Shown: piece after piece, positions 27,011-35,512 of the stretch
How the letters are laid out: each line of letters opens with the position of its first letter
Position numbering within the stretch: the stretch's first letter is position 1
Source of the DNA: a virus
Taxonomy: Duplodnaviria; Caudoviricetes
Direction: 5' to 3' (one strand)
IMG/VR virus record: IMGVR_UViG_3300026270_000555
Span: 1-36,449 of that record
DNA: 36,449 bases
The notes under the pieces: generated by a model
Seen by the model: only the letters and a program-made list of their open reading frames with translations
Told to the model about the DNA's origin: nothing
Databases searched by the model: none
Program-made: the position numbers and the translations under genes

Positions 27011-28023
27011 TCTGCAAAACCATGCATCACTACAATTCTTGCACCAGCGTGGGCGCCTTCACCAAAGTTGATTGTAGTACCTGATATGGTATAGTTTTGA
27101 TCTGGTTCTTGCATCACACCGTCCACATAGACGACGATATTATTTTCATCTGTAGGAGTTATGCTCATTGTAAATGTAGATGTTGATCCATCACCTGCAA
27201 ATATATCTTTTGTAACGTTAGCGGCATTGGCATCTGTACGTAAGTTTGTGTACGTGGATCCATCTTGTGATACTTCATACTGTCCAGTTGTTGTGTTAAA
27301 TCTAATTACACCTTCTTGTGCTGATGGTCGTTGTGCTGTCGTACCTGTTGGTAGGACAATGGCAGTATCCGCTTGGAACAAATATTTTCCTGTACCCGCT
27401 GTGTCAAATTCCATGTCGGCATTGGAAGAACCTGTTTGAAGTTTATTTCCTGAGAAACTAAAGTCACCTGTGTCTGCTTGATTGTTCTGTAATCCTAATG
27501 TTCCTGTATATCTTGCCCCTGAAATGTAAACTGCTTTTCCTGAAAAATTTATTCCGTTGGGTAAGTTTGATCCTATAAAGTGTAACACACCAGATTGATA
27601 ATCAAAGAACCATTCATCGTTGTTACCTGAACCTGTGGCAAACACTTGGTCTCCGGAACTTGCGGCACTTCCAGCATTTCCTGATGTGTGTATGTAGACT
27701 TTGACTTGATATGTGGATCCAAATTCAGGTGGAATCCAATCAGTTATCCCTGTCTTCCATGTTCTGTTTGCTGTTGATGTACCGTCCATTGTCGTTTCAT
27801 CTGGTGCAGAAGTTGGATACACTGTTACCACACCTGAACTTGATCCCGGCATTGTGCCTGGAATGCTAGATGCTTGGTTCCAAGTCTTGTCACCTCTTAA
27901 TAATAAAGGAGATGCTATGGCTTCGTTGGGTGCTTTCTTGGACGCATTGGTGTCCGTTTTGGTTGCACCATATCCAATTTTCTTCCAAAGATAGTCTACT
28001 TTTTTTGCGTCAGTTATTGCCAT
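27007..28023 (-). CDS. Modular virion structural protein (338 aa)
   Basis: WFFDYQSGVL domain, then LPTGTTAQRP and GDGSTSTF modules; coupled to the upstream gene by a TAATG overlap. Confidence 0.72.
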   Translation of the reverse strand: MAITDAKKVDYLWKKIGYGATKTDTNASKKAPNEAIASPLLLRGDKTWNQASSIPGTMPGSSSGVVTVYPTSAPDETTMDGTSTANRTWKTGITDWIPPEFGSTYQVKVYIHTSGNAGSAASSGDQVFATGSGNNDEWFFDYQSGVLHFIGSNLPNGINFSGKAVYISGARYTGTLGLQNNQADTGDFSFSGNKLQTGSSNADMEFDTAGTGKYLFQADTAIVLPTGTTAQRPSAQEGVIRFNTTTGQYEVSQDGSTYTNLRTDANAANVTKDIFAGDGSTSTFTMSITPTDENNIVVYVDGVMQEPDQNYTISGTTINFGEGAHAGARIVVMHGFAD

Positions 28024-31000
28024 TAATCTATGCTCAGTGCTGTAACACTGTCTCCTGATTCTAATTTAATTCTTACTAATATCACGTTACCTGTGGCATT
28101 AGTTCCGTTCTCTGTACCTAAAGTAAATGTAAATTCTTGTGACGAATATGTAGTGCCGTCAACTACCCTGTCTCCAGAGTTGAATGCACAACCATTTGAT
28201 CCGTTTCCGCCTGATCCTGTGTTTGCTCCTGGGACACCTGAACCACCATATGTAGTTGAACAATCTAACCAACCATTCAATGAACTTGCACTATCAATTG
28301 CTGTGCCTGGTGCCGCAATAAACATTCCTGAAACTTTTCCTGACATTGTCAAATCAAAACTAGCCATTGTAGATCTTCTAAATGCGAAAGTATAGTACTG
28401 TGCCTGGCCACCGTCTCTGCCTGTGTTCAAATCAGGGCCAACAGGAAGGTATCCTGAACTTAAATCAGTTGTGAAATGTTTTATTGTTCCAAATCTTGAT
28501 ATGGCTTCGGTTGTCCCCGCCACAGTAACAGCACCTGACCATGCGTTGCTGGTGTAGTAGTTTGTGGCAGAATTGAATGAAGGTGTGTCTGACGAGGACC
28601 CGAACCCTGTTATTCTTAGAGCATCGTCATCATGACCTGCTCCTAAAGAATCTGATACTGTGATACCACCTGCTTCATTGTCTAATGTCAACAATGACGC
28701 TGTGTACACTTGAATTTTTGTTGCACTTGAATTATATGATCCTGTGCCATTTGCATTTTTACTTCTTGCTCTAATTGTTTTTATTGACCTCACACCTGAA
28801 CTTGTTATCGGAACAGTCAATGCTCCTAATGTGTATGGACTACCTACACCTGTATTCTTGATAGGTATAGTACTGCTCAACATTGTACTTGCTCCGTCTA
28901 TTTGTGCATATGTAAATGCTGAATCTGTTATTGCATCACCAGATGTTGATTCTTGGTTTGTGTCGTTATGAACTTGGTGAGGTGAGTTTGTATCTTGGTA
29001 TGCTTGTCCTGTAAAGTTAGCAACTGTTGTTCCTGTTACTGTCACTGTTGGTGATCCTGTGTTGTAGTATGGAACACCAGAAATATAACGTTTAGATCCT
29101 GCTGTGCCTTCTGCTACTGTACCAATTGTTGTAGTTGGAGTTCCTGTAAGAAGGTCTCTAACTACATAAACTAAATTTGTGTTACCTCCACCTGTACTTT
29201 CAATCCTTTGGGCATTCAATCCAGCAACGTAATCTGTAAGTGCCTGTGTAATTTTTGCAGTGGCTACCAAATAAAGTCTTTGTGCATAAGAACCATCAAC
29301 TTCGTCGTAGTCTCTGTGGTTAGTAATAACTAGGTCAGTGAACGTGCCGTTGTTAGAACCACCTTCGGATGTTGTGAAAGTCCTTGAACCGCTGGCGCTG
29401 GCGTTGATTGATGCTAGTACAGTTTGGTTTACTGTTGAACCTGTGCCGTTTGAACTGTTTGTTAAGAAATTTGTACAGGTATTTGTGTCTATAGTACCTG
29501 ATGTGTATCGTCTTGCAGTGGTTGTGTTTAGTGAGGCTCCTGGTGATAAACTTGCAAATGAACTTGTACCATCGTCAAATCCATGACACAATTTTGGTGA
29601 TGTGCCTTGTGCTGAATCACTCAATGTCAAACTTTTGCTTGATAAACCTGCAGGTGCACTTGGCGTTGATTTCATTGTGAAAGTTACTGTTTCGTTGTCA
29701 TTTTGATGTATTGTGTCTGGTGTTCCTGTTGCTCGGAAATCCATAACTATACTTCCTGCCGACTGTCCTGAGTAGTTGTGATCTAGTGTGTTGCCCACTG
29801 TACCTGCATCTGATCCATTCTCTGGCACACTGTTCACTGCTGAAGAGTCATTAAGGAAATCATACTCATAATGGTCTGCATTTTGTGATGTGTTTGTGAA
29901 TCTAACCAATGCCCTGTTGGCACCATCTAGATCAGTAACATCAAAAAGTGAAAGACTGTTGTTGCCTGAACCTGTGCTTACTGTTACTGCCGTACCGGCA
30001 ATGTTTGCTCTCACATCAGGTTCAACAATAATGTTTAAGTTTGCTGTTGATGGTGATCCTGTGTGTCCGTTTGCCAGTGATAATGAAGTATTATAGGTAA
30101 CTGTTGTACCTGCACTCTGTTGGCCGCCGCTTAGGTTAAAAGTATTTGTGATAGTTTGTCCTGTGTCACCTGACGATCCGGAACCAACTGCAACCACAGT
30201 GTTTGAATCACCTTCTCCAAAGTTCCAAGTGTACTGTTGTGTCGCTGAAAAACTTGAATTTGCTCCTGGATTTGTTGCTGTGTTGTTTGTGAACGTTACA
30301 GGAAATCCAGATGTTCCTTCTTCATTAACTCCTCTGACAACTCCACCTGCCGCAGAATATGCCGCCGTGTGTGTTGAATAAACTTCAAAATTATTTGTAG
30401 CCGTTTGTGGATAAGTTGATGAGTCTGCTGTTGGGTGTGTAAGCAATCTTAACTTGATTGCGTACTTGGTATCACCAGTTCCTGTTCCTGCAACTGTGCT
30501 TCCATCATCCGCCGCTGAGTTGTTATAAGTGTGTGCCAATCTTGCACCACCTTGCCCACCAGCCGCTGTGTTATTTGCAATGGAATCTTCTGTTCCATCT
30601 CCCCAATCAACATCAAAAGTATTCGTTGCGGCAGTGTTTGTAGTATTATTTTGTAGATATACTGTCGCTCCTGTGTTGGCTGTTGTAATTGGAGAGCCAC
30701 CTGATGAAGCCGCATACATGGCGAACGCTACCACTGGTGCCGCTGTGGCAATGGCAATGTAATTTGTTCTTGTTAAACTTGCTTCAGAACCTGCTGATCC
30801 TGAAACTGCCGCTGTATTATTGTATGCTCTCACTGTAATTGATTGTAATCCTGTATTAGTGTATGTGTGTGTTGGACTTGTTGTTGAAACAGTATCACTG
30901 TTGCCGTCGCCCCAAGTTATGTCATATCTGTTTGCATTACCCACTGCTGTTATTGATAATGTAATTGTTTCTCCTGATGATATATTAACTTTATTTGATG

Positions 31001-31712
31001 TAAATGTAACACTTTTTACGTATGTGTTGTTACGTATGTTTTCCATTGTTTCGTTCAAGGCATCAATTGCATCTGTAACTTTTGTTGTTGGAGTTAAAGA
31101 TGTGTATGAGCCATCACCGAATGTTGAGTCAGTTGGTGTTGATAATTCTTGTGTCATTCCATTTATGGCAGATCCTGAACCTGACAGTGCCGCTACCGAA
31201 TCATCGATGTATTTTTTGTGTGCCGCATCATCGTCTGCTGTTGGTGTTGCTACCTGCAACCTTGCTAAATTTACAGATGATAGATCAGTTCTAGTTGATC
31301 CATCACTTGTTGTTGTTCCAACTCTAAATTTGTTTCTGACTTCGTCCCAATAGAAGACTGCATTGTTTTCACCAGTTCTGTTTATCATTAGACCTGCATC
31401 TGTGGCACTTGATGCATTTTCATTAAGTGTAATAATATTATCTTCTACTACTAAATTTTGTGAATCTATTGTTGTTGTAGTACCTTCTACAACAAGATCT
31501 CCTGTAATAGTATGACTTCCTTGTGTTCTTGTATTTCCATTTACATCTAATGCAAAATTTCCAGGAGAATCAGTCTTTACACCAATCCTACCGTTTGTTA
31601 CATCAACATGGAGTAAATGTTGTAGTGCTGGATTTCCGCCACTAAAACTTAGATCCTGAACACGAATCAGGTTAGATTCTAATAATTCACCTGCTATCTT
31701 TGTTATTGCCAT
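28023..31712 (-). CDS. Large fibre/adhesin-like virion protein (1229 aa) with PKD-like domains
   Basis: Divergent MAITKIAG N-module, GTTTTIDS module, PKD-like WGDG...HTY (x2) and WNFGEG segments; TAAATA at 31726-31731. Confidence 0.72.
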   Translation of the reverse strand: MAITKIAGELLESNLIRVQDLSFSGGNPALQHLLHVDVTNGRIGVKTDSPGNFALDVNGNTRTQGSHTITGDLVVEGTTTTIDSQNLVVEDNIITLNENASSATDAGLMINRTGENNAVFYWDEVRNKFRVGTTTSDGSTRTDLSSVNLARLQVATPTADDDAAHKKYIDDSVAALSGSGSAINGMTQELSTPTDSTFGDGSYTSLTPTTKVTDAIDALNETMENIRNNTYVKSVTFTSNKVNISSGETITLSITAVGNANRYDITWGDGNSDTVSTTSPTHTYTNTGLQSITVRAYNNTAAVSGSAGSEASLTRTNYIAIATAAPVVAFAMYAASSGGSPITTANTGATVYLQNNTTNTAATNTFDVDWGDGTEDSIANNTAAGGQGGARLAHTYNNSAADDGSTVAGTGTGDTKYAIKLRLLTHPTADSSTYPQTATNNFEVYSTHTAAYSAAGGVVRGVNEEGTSGFPVTFTNNTATNPGANSSFSATQQYTWNFGEGDSNTVVAVGSGSSGDTGQTITNTFNLSGGQQSAGTTVTYNTSLSLANGHTGSPSTANLNIIVEPDVRANIAGTAVTVSTGSGNNSLSLFDVTDLDGANRALVRFTNTSQNADHYEYDFLNDSSAVNSVPENGSDAGTVGNTLDHNYSGQSAGSIVMDFRATGTPDTIHQNDNETVTFTMKSTPSAPAGLSSKSLTLSDSAQGTSPKLCHGFDDGTSSFASLSPGASLNTTTARRYTSGTIDTNTCTNFLTNSSNGTGSTVNQTVLASINASASGSRTFTTSEGGSNNGTFTDLVITNHRDYDEVDGSYAQRLYLVATAKITQALTDYVAGLNAQRIESTGGGNTNLVYVVRDLLTGTPTTTIGTVAEGTAGSKRYISGVPYYNTGSPTVTVTGTTVANFTGQAYQDTNSPHQVHNDTNQESTSGDAITDSAFTYAQIDGASTMLSSTIPIKNTGVGSPYTLGALTVPITSSGVRSIKTIRARSKNANGTGSYNSSATKIQVYTASLLTLDNEAGGITVSDSLGAGHDDDALRITGFGSSSDTPSFNSATNYYTSNAWSGAVTVAGTTEAISRFGTIKHFTTDLSSGYLPVGPDLNTGRDGGQAQYYTFAFRRSTMASFDLTMSGKVSGMFIAAPGTAIDSASSLNGWLDCSTTYGGSGVPGANTGSGGNGSNGCAFNSGDRVVDGTTYSSQEFTFTLGTENGTNATGNVILVRIKLESGDSVTALSID

Positions 31713-31775
31713 AATACTACTTCAATATTTACCAATTAATCTCCTTGATTAAATCTAACACTAAATATTCATTAT

Positions 31776-32642
31776 ATGACGCTATTACCCATCAACAAAC
31801 CCGAGAAAATATCAACTTCTAGGATATCTGTACAGCAAATTGATCTGCACAAAAACGCATTGTCGGGAGATTTTATCGACGGTGGTACAATTACAAACTT
31901 TAATTCTTCAGGAATAGTAGACAAATCAGATAACACACAATTGACTGTGAATAATGATCATGTCGAGGTTGCAACTGATTTAAATGTAAAAGGAACAATT
32001 AGAGTAGAAAATTTAGAATATGTATCAGCACAAGTTCCAAAATTAAATGTACAAAAAGCAGTTATGGTTGACCATAATGAGGTGCTTTGGAAAGACAAAT
32101 TAGGCAAAGCAGTCAAAATCAGTAGCCTCGAACAACTTGGAGTACTAAGAAATTTACAAGTGCGAAATACTTTGTATGTCGCTGACGGAAGAGTTGGAGT
32201 GAACACAACGGCACCAAGTGCAGACTTTTCAGTAAACACAGGGGGATATGAAGTAATAACACGTATGCACGAGTCAAATGCTTTTGTCGGAACGCACACC
32301 CACGTTGCTTTTGCTATTGGTACAGATGATACAGCAAGGTTAACTTGTAGAGCAAATGGCGATGTCGTTGTTGGTTCTGAAACAGGCAAGCCTGTAAATC
32401 TAAATGTGTATGGCAATGTTGGTATAGGAGTAAAATATCCACAAGAATCTTTGCACGTTGACGGCAATATTAAATTTGCTGAAAGAACTTTTGCCTCTGG
32501 AGAACAAGCACCTACTGACGGAAGATGGGACACTGGCTCTGTGGTATGGAATGAAAAGCCTGATAAGAATTTACCTGTTGGTTGGATATGCACAAAAGGT
32601 GGAAAGCCAGGTAGTTGGCGACCATTTGGAATGATATACTAA
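31776..32642 (+). CDS. Fibre-like protein (288 aa)
   Basis: GRVGVNTTAP and GNVGIGV..P...LHVDG repeats; C-terminal VVWN..P...GWICT.GG.PG.W..FG; TAAATA at 31762-31767. Confidence 0.65.
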   Translation: MTLLPINKPEKISTSRISVQQIDLHKNALSGDFIDGGTITNFNSSGIVDKSDNTQLTVNNDHVEVATDLNVKGTIRVENLEYVSAQVPKLNVQKAVMVDHNEVLWKDKLGKAVKISSLEQLGVLRNLQVRNTLYVADGRVGVNTTAPSADFSVNTGGYEVITRMHESNAFVGTHTHVAFAIGTDDTARLTCRANGDVVVGSETGKPVNLNVYGNVGIGVKYPQESLHVDGNIKFAERTFASGEQAPTDGRWDTGSVVWNEKPDKNLPVGWICTKGGKPGSWRPFGMIY

Positions 32643-32845
32643 CCTAGTTCAACACAACAACTAAATCTAATTTGAAAAAAATAATGATATATCAATAGTC
32701 CTATGACTATTCCTTCTAGCCATGCTATGTAGGCAGACATGATTGGATACTTTCTTATAAAAGAAAGTTTGTAATTCCAAAGTTTTTTGAAAATATTACT
32801 CGCCCAACTTGTGAACGTTATGAATAACCGTAACAATGTGTCCAT
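32639..32845 (-). CDS. Small membrane protein; start uncertain
   Basis: One hydrophobic segment (AYIAWLEGIVIGLLIYHYFF); the annotated start overlaps the upstream gene by 50 nt. Confidence 0.45.
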   Translation of the reverse strand: MDTLLRLFITFTSWASNIFKKLWNYKLSFIRKYPIMSAYIAWLEGIVIGLLIYHYFFQIRFSCCVELG

Positions 32846-33260
32846 TACTTATTCCATCATTTACCGGAATCGGAGAACCAAAAGTTATTTCGCCGCCTGA
32901 GTAAGTGTAGTTGGTAGTTGGAATTTGATATACACCTCCAACAAAGACAAGCATATCTGTTGCATCTGTTGGCACAACACTTAAGGTTGCCGCAGTCGAA
33001 CCATCAAGTGTGTTTCCTTTACCTCCACCAAACACAGTTGTAGATCCATCTCCTTGAAACTTGTCAATTACTAAAGTTTTTTCTCTTGATGCTTCTGATA
33101 CGTTGTACCATTGTGAACCATTGTAAACTTGATATGTTGAAGTTGTTAAATTAAAAATTATTTGCCCGTTTTGTCCTGCGGGTCTATTCGCTGTTGTGAC
33201 ACTTGGAATCTCTAGAGTTTGCCCTTGTGTTGCTTGTGGGTTTTTTACGTATCTACCCAT
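32796..33260 (-). CDS. Small modular structural protein (154 aa)
   Basis: IPSVTTANRP..G.I.FN and FQGDGSTTVF...VFVGGVYQ.P modules. Confidence 0.72.
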   Translation of the reverse strand: MGRYVKNPQATQGQTLEIPSVTTANRPAGQNGQIIFNLTTSTYQVYNGSQWYNVSEASREKTLVIDKFQGDGSTTVFGGGKGNTLDGSTAATLSVVPTDATDMLVFVGGVYQIPTTNYTYSGGEITFGSPIPVNDGISNGHIVTVIHNVHKLGE

Positions 33261-33265
33261 GGCTA

Positions 33266-33595
33266 TTATAATCCTATTGTTGAGATAGTCGCTACCACTG
33301 AAGCCGATGAATCTGGTGTTTCAACATAAATTTTATCACCACTTGATAAAATCATTTTCTCAGTATCTATAATGTAAGTGTCAGTACCTTGGATGGTTAA
33401 AGCATTGTAAATTTTGTTATTTTCTGTTGGCACAGTCGTAGATCCATCACTTGGTAAAAGATATATGTTCACAACTGCATCACTGCTTGTTACGTTGCAC
33501 AAATGTATTGATGTAACAGCCGTATCCGCTGATGCTTGAAACACAAAATCAAGTGCTGTTGTTGTAGTAGTTGCTAATCTTTGTCTTATTGCCAT
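33266..33595 (-). CDS. Small beta-rich structural protein (109 aa)
   Basis: TAVTSIHLCN...EKMILSSGDKI; follows a gene ending in AIALG, a pairing I recognise from marine myoviruses. Confidence 0.65.
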   Translation of the reverse strand: MAIRQRLATTTTTALDFVFQASADTAVTSIHLCNVTSSDAVVNIYLLPSDGSTTVPTENNKIYNALTIQGTDTYIIDTEKMILSSGDKIYVETPDSSASVVATISTIGL

Positions 33596-33598
33596 TGT

Positions 33599-34432
33599 TT
33601 ATCCTAATGCAATGGCTAATGCCGTTGCTTTCTTTTTACTTATCAGTTCTCCTTCAGTACCAGAACTGATGTTTGAGTTAATAAAGAACAATCCAGTACC
33701 GCCTCCACCTGCTGTTTTGTTGTAAATTTTGGTTACAGCACTTGCAGTTGGTGTACTAGCCGCCGCTGAAAATGTTAAAGTGTCGTTAATAACCACATCA
33801 CCTGTTCCGTTTGATGCAAGTGTTAGGTTAGCATTTGATGTTGCTGATGATATTGATTCGATATTTGTTAAATTTTGTCCTAGATCAATTGTAATTGTGT
33901 CTGGTTCTGAACCTGCTGTGCTGATGTTTGCTCCACCAACGAATTGTAAAATTTGTCCTGAGTCAACAGTAATTGCAGTTGAATCGTCACCTGCAACTTT
34001 AAGCGAAAATGAACCTGCCGCACCATCGACATAAGTTTTTGTTGCCGCATCTGATCCAGAAGTAGGTTCGCCAACTTGTATTTTTGCCAAAGCCGTATCG
34101 GCAATTGAAGTTCCTGTTCCGTCTGAAGTTGTTGTGACTGCTTTGAAAACGTCATCGCCTTCGTTCCAATACAGTGCCGCGTTGTTTGCCGCTCCTCTGT
34201 TTACTAAAATACCTGCGTCAACATCACTAGGAGTTGAATTGTTTCTGCTTAAAATTATGATTGGATCTTCTATCGTTAATGACGCTGTGTCAATAACTGT
34301 ATTAGTACCATCAACTACTAAATCACCTTTTACTCTTGTTGTTTTTGAATCGAAAATTACTGAATTCGAGCCACCTGCTCCCGTGCCCGTTTTAATTGTA
34401 TAATCACCTGATGTTCTTAAATGCTTTGCCAT
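33599..34432 (-). CDS. Fibre-like structural protein (277 aa)
   Basis: GDLVVDGT...DAGILVNRG...WNE module, DAATKTYVD, C-terminal ALAIALG; TAAATA at 34440-34445. Confidence 0.72.
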   Translation of the reverse strand: MAKHLRTSGDYTIKTGTGAGGSNSVIFDSKTTRVKGDLVVDGTNTVIDTASLTIEDPIIILSRNNSTPSDVDAGILVNRGAANNAALYWNEGDDVFKAVTTTSDGTGTSIADTALAKIQVGEPTSGSDAATKTYVDGAAGSFSLKVAGDDSTAITVDSGQILQFVGGANISTAGSEPDTITIDLGQNLTNIESISSATSNANLTLASNGTGDVVINDTLTFSAAASTPTASAVTKIYNKTAGGGGTGLFFINSNISSGTEGELISKKKATALAIALG

Positions 34433-34450
34433 TTGCTATTATTTATGTAG

Positions 34451-34478
34451 AAAAGGGGGAGCGTGTATCTCCCCCCTT
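34451..34478 (-). terminator. Intrinsic terminator
   Basis: GGGGGAG/CTCCCCC stem followed by TTTT. Confidence 0.7.
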
Positions 34479-34496
34479 AAAGCACGTATTGTTCTA

Positions 34497-34919
34497 TTAT
34501 CTAACGTCGATGTTCGCTTTACCAGAATCTTGACCTTCGTCAGTTCCTTCTGCTTTTAGCGTGTATGGTTTGCTACCTGTAGCACCACCTGCCGTTACAT
34601 AGTGTACTGTGTTGTTGTAGAATTTCTCAACGTATGCAACTGTTGAGTCGTCTAATATAACTTGTACACAAAACTGGTTAGACGTGTTTTGTAATGAACC
34701 TGGAGCAACTGCTTTCAATTCATATACTGCTTCAGATGAGTCTTCCAAGTGTATTTTGAATAACTTAGATCCTCTTTGTGAAACAATGTAAGCAGTAGTT
34801 GAATCAACTTTAGCACCACCTGATGGTCTGTAAGCCGTTACTGCGATTTTTCCTGAAAGGTTGCCACCGAAGTCATTTGCTCCGCTAACAAGTTTGTCTT
34901 TTCTTATTGGTCTTCCCAT
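34497..34919 (-). CDS. Phage protein (140 aa), probable abundant virion (decoration-type) protein
   Basis: MGRPIRK...YIVSQRGSK.F; own late promoter, strong AAGGAG RBS and terminator; close to the capsid gene. Function is inferred. Confidence 0.65.
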   Translation of the reverse strand: MGRPIRKDKLVSGANDFGGNLSGKIAVTAYRPSGGAKVDSTTAYIVSQRGSKLFKIHLEDSSEAVYELKAVAPGSLQNTSNQFCVQVILDDSTVAYVEKFYNNTVHYVTAGGATGSKPYTLKAEGTDEGQDSGKANIDVR

Positions 34920-34926
34920 TTTTTTT

Positions 34927-35017
34927 CTCCTTTAAAGGAGTCCAATCCTAGTTCTCCTAGGTACGCGGTTGGTATATCCGCATAAGTCTTCTACATTGGT
35001 AGAAGCACGTTTGAACT
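34927..35017 (-). ncRNA. Candidate structured 5' leader RNA (four-way junction plus RBS hairpin)
   Basis: Stems AGUUCAA/UUGGACU, CUUCUAC/GUAGAAG, UAUGCGG/CCGCGUA and CCUAG/CUAGG; begins 5 nt after TAAATA (35023-35028). Confidence 0.6.
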
Positions 35018-35057
35018 ATCAGTATTTATTATTTTTTGCGATGTTTAATGTGTGTAT

Positions 35058-35099
35058 AAAAAGAAAGAGTGGTGTAAAAGAAAAGCAGTCACACCACTC
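35058..35099 (-). terminator. Probable intrinsic terminator after the 77-aa gene
   Basis: GAGTGGTGT/ACACCACTC 9-bp stem, 15-nt loop, followed by TTTCTTTTT. Confidence 0.55.
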
Positions 35100-35129
35100 C
35101 TGAGGTTATCGTATTTCTAGATTGTTATA

Positions 35130-35363
35130 TTATTTTCTGTTGTAGATATGATATAAAATCCAAACTGCTACCAACCCAATCAGACCTTGATCTGAAAAGC
35201 CTTGCAGTACGCCCTGGACGTTTCCTATTACAGAAACATTTGGCCAGAACGGAATACCTTGACCGTTGAAAAGGATTTCTAAAACGATTCCTAACGCAAT
35301 CAATGATACTCCTACGTCAGCAATTCCTTTTGCCCATCCTTTTATCTTGTTAAGATAATCCAT
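35130..35363 (-). CDS. Small two-helix membrane protein (77 aa)
   Basis: Two hydrophobic segments, basic C-terminus, GGGAGG RBS, TAAATA at 35410-35415. Confidence 0.75.
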   Translation of the reverse strand: MDYLNKIKGWAKGIADVGVSLIALGIVLEILFNGQGIPFWPNVSVIGNVQGVLQGFSDQGLIGLVAVWILYHIYNRK

Positions 35364-35512
35364 GTTGGACCTCCCTTGTGATTGTAAAGTTTCTTTCGAA
35401 ACTCTGATTTATTTAGAAGTCTAAAATAAAAATAAAACTACCTTATTTGGTCTAAGGTCACTATGGACACGAAAAAAAATTTTAATAAGAGTTGTTAATT
35501 GAAATAAAGTCG

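Noticed and set aside
19523-34432. Diversity-generating retroelement or invertase shufflon behind the fibre paralogues
   Set aside because: No reverse transcriptase or recombinase is in the window, and the paralogous segments I compared differ mainly at synonymous positions rather than only at adenines.
34939-35017. tRNA gene
   Set aside because: Cloverleaf-sized, but lacks D-loop GG, T-psi-C loop, 7-nt anticodon loop and CCA; kept as a candidate leader RNA instead.
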